Assembly (NCBI RefSeq): GCF_004010195.1
Contig: NC_057753.1
Coordinates: 3,022,087 to 3,086,086, forward strand
Length of the DNA stretch: 64,000 bases
Direction of reading: 5' to 3'
DNA from: Chiloscyllium plagiosum
Taxonomy: Eukaryota
Within the stretch, counting starts at the first letter, position 1, and every line of letters starts with the position of its first letter. Shown in pieces: positions 62,820 through 64,000 of the stretch. A program made the position numbers and the translations under genes. Below the pieces are notes generated by a model. The model did no database searches. It saw nothing but the letters and a program-made list of their open reading frames with translations, and was not told the DNA's origin.

Positions 62820-63170
62820 AAACCCCCGCGCGGGCGCAGTGGCGTCCCCTGACGCAGGCGCGCGGCGCACGCGGGCGGAAGCGCGCATGCGCGATGCAGC
62901 CTGCTGCGGCCTCCCCCTCTCGCCTCGTTCCCCCCGGTGAGAGGCTATAACAGGATGCGGGCGGGCGAGAACGGGGGTCGACTAGCCTGGGGAGGCTTCT
63001 TCAGCACACAGCGGAGGTCCCGATACCGGAATTAGGCCTTCCCGGTCGCGTGTTGACAGCGAACGGGCTGGAAGGCTGCGGGGTGCCGTCTCTCGGCGGC
63101 AGGCCCCGGGTGCCGGTCGCCATCTTTGTCGGGGGCAGCGGGCGGCCTGGGCGCATGCGCGGTCATTGCT
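62820..63170. promoter_or_regulatory. CpG-island promoter with NRF1, ETS and YY1 motifs
   Basis: The only CpG-dense GC-rich stretch in the window. GCGCATGCGC at 62883-92 and 63151-60, GCGGAAG ~62875, CGCCATCTT ~63118, donor-like CCG|GTGAGA at 62937. Confidence 0.8.
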
Positions 63171-63521
63171 TGGGGCCAGGATCCAGAACATTGTTCCTGT
63201 CTTTCCTGAGCAGGCTGGAGGTGGACACCATAAACTCCTTTGACCAGGGGATTTACACACTTGGGGGAGCCAAGCCAACAGGAACGTTACATAAAACAGA
63301 AAGTGCCGGAAAAACTCAGATTCTGCGTGTTGAAGAAGTCAGTGGATTTGAAATGTTAATTCAGATTTCCTCTCTGCAGATGCCACTGGACCTGCAAGTT
63401 CTCCTTTTCCTGTTTCCACTCCAGGCCCTCAGTATTTTGCGTCTACTCAAGCGAAATGTTTGCCTCTTCCGAGTTTCTATTCTGAGCTGACAGTAAAGAG
63501 TCTGTGTCTGTTCTTTTGCAG

Positions 63522-63670
63522 GACATCAGGAGCAGCAAATTGACGCCTGGAAACTGAAATCAAGGGTCACATCAAAGTCTGACAGAGTCACTCAGTTCAT
63601 CCGGACCCAAAACATCAAGTTTTAAAATTGGAAGACAAGCGTTCGTATCTTCTGTGGGCAAAGACTTCAG
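63522..63670 (+). other. Probable second exon of the CpG-island gene, resembling the start of shark C2H2 zinc-finger gene exons (degenerate)
   Basis: Strong acceptor TCTGTTCTTTTGCAG ending 63521. TCTGACAGAGTCACTC and a decayed FV.SV.GK.F segment match my recollection of shark ZNF loci; not verified by search. Confidence 0.4.
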
Positions 63671-63671
63671 C

Positions 63672-64000
63672 TAAGAATTCAAGTAAGTAATTGGGAGAAA
63701 GCAAACTTCAATTGGGTATGAATGGATCTGATTCAGATTAACTGGAATCAAAACTGCAACTGAACATTGTACTGCTTTTCAGTAGAGAAAGTTCTGACAT
63801 TGTCAACGTATATACTCACGAATGAGGGCACACATCTCCAAAGCTCCCGAGATGACAAATTAGATAAATTAAGATGGAAAAGGAAAATGCACTTATGACA
63901 GATATGAGGTTGATAGTTCGACCGATATCCAGGCTAAATTTGGAATGTTCGGGGAGAATCAAATGATGAGCTATCCGAAGCAGAGCAGACGTACGAAAAG
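63672..64000 (+). mobile_element. Old CR1 ORF2 linker fragment
   Basis: NWEKANFN..MDLIQINWNQ-like translation. Confidence 0.55.

Noticed and set aside
63290..63420. Additional hammerhead-type repeat remnants (also ~7030-7120, 34410-34505, 58030-58130)
   Set aside because: Core nucleotides and stems are too decayed to call ribozymes.
63050..63490. 146-aa ORF in the CpG island (and minus ORFs 62565-62888, 62982-63278)
   Set aside because: GC-rich, stop-poor sequence running into a decayed repeat, with no recognisable domain.
1..64000. CRISPR arrays, rRNA, prokaryotic operons or endogenous virus genes
   Set aside because: No regularly spaced repeat-spacer array or such genes seen; the content is vertebrate repeats and spliced genes, and the LTR element shows no env.

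Overview
Vertebrate genomic DNA, inferred to be from a shark (probably a carpet or bamboo shark) because of its HE1/V-SINEs, HER1/CR1 LINE tails and Penelope-type repeats. It is an old tandem segmental duplication: a partial unit at 1-~7401, then units at ~7402-34771 and ~34772-58405. Each full unit carries an intact two-exon, 331-aa GPR139/GPR142-like class A GPCR gene (14097-19392 and 42303-51033) and a decayed Gmr1-type Gypsy element. Beyond the array are a third, much older GPR139-like pseudogene broken by three retroelement insertions (61206-~62700) and a CpG-island promoter (~62820-63170) that probably belongs to a zinc-finger-type gene. Most other sequence is nested CR1, Tx1/L1, Rex1, Penelope and SINE debris. 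Main points of interest: the diversifying GPCR array, a near-invariant intron block, a circularly permuted single-LTR Gypsy element, two ~200-bp locally templated inverted insertions, and several hammerhead-ribozyme motifs. All alignments, counts and repeat boundaries were done by eye and are approximate.
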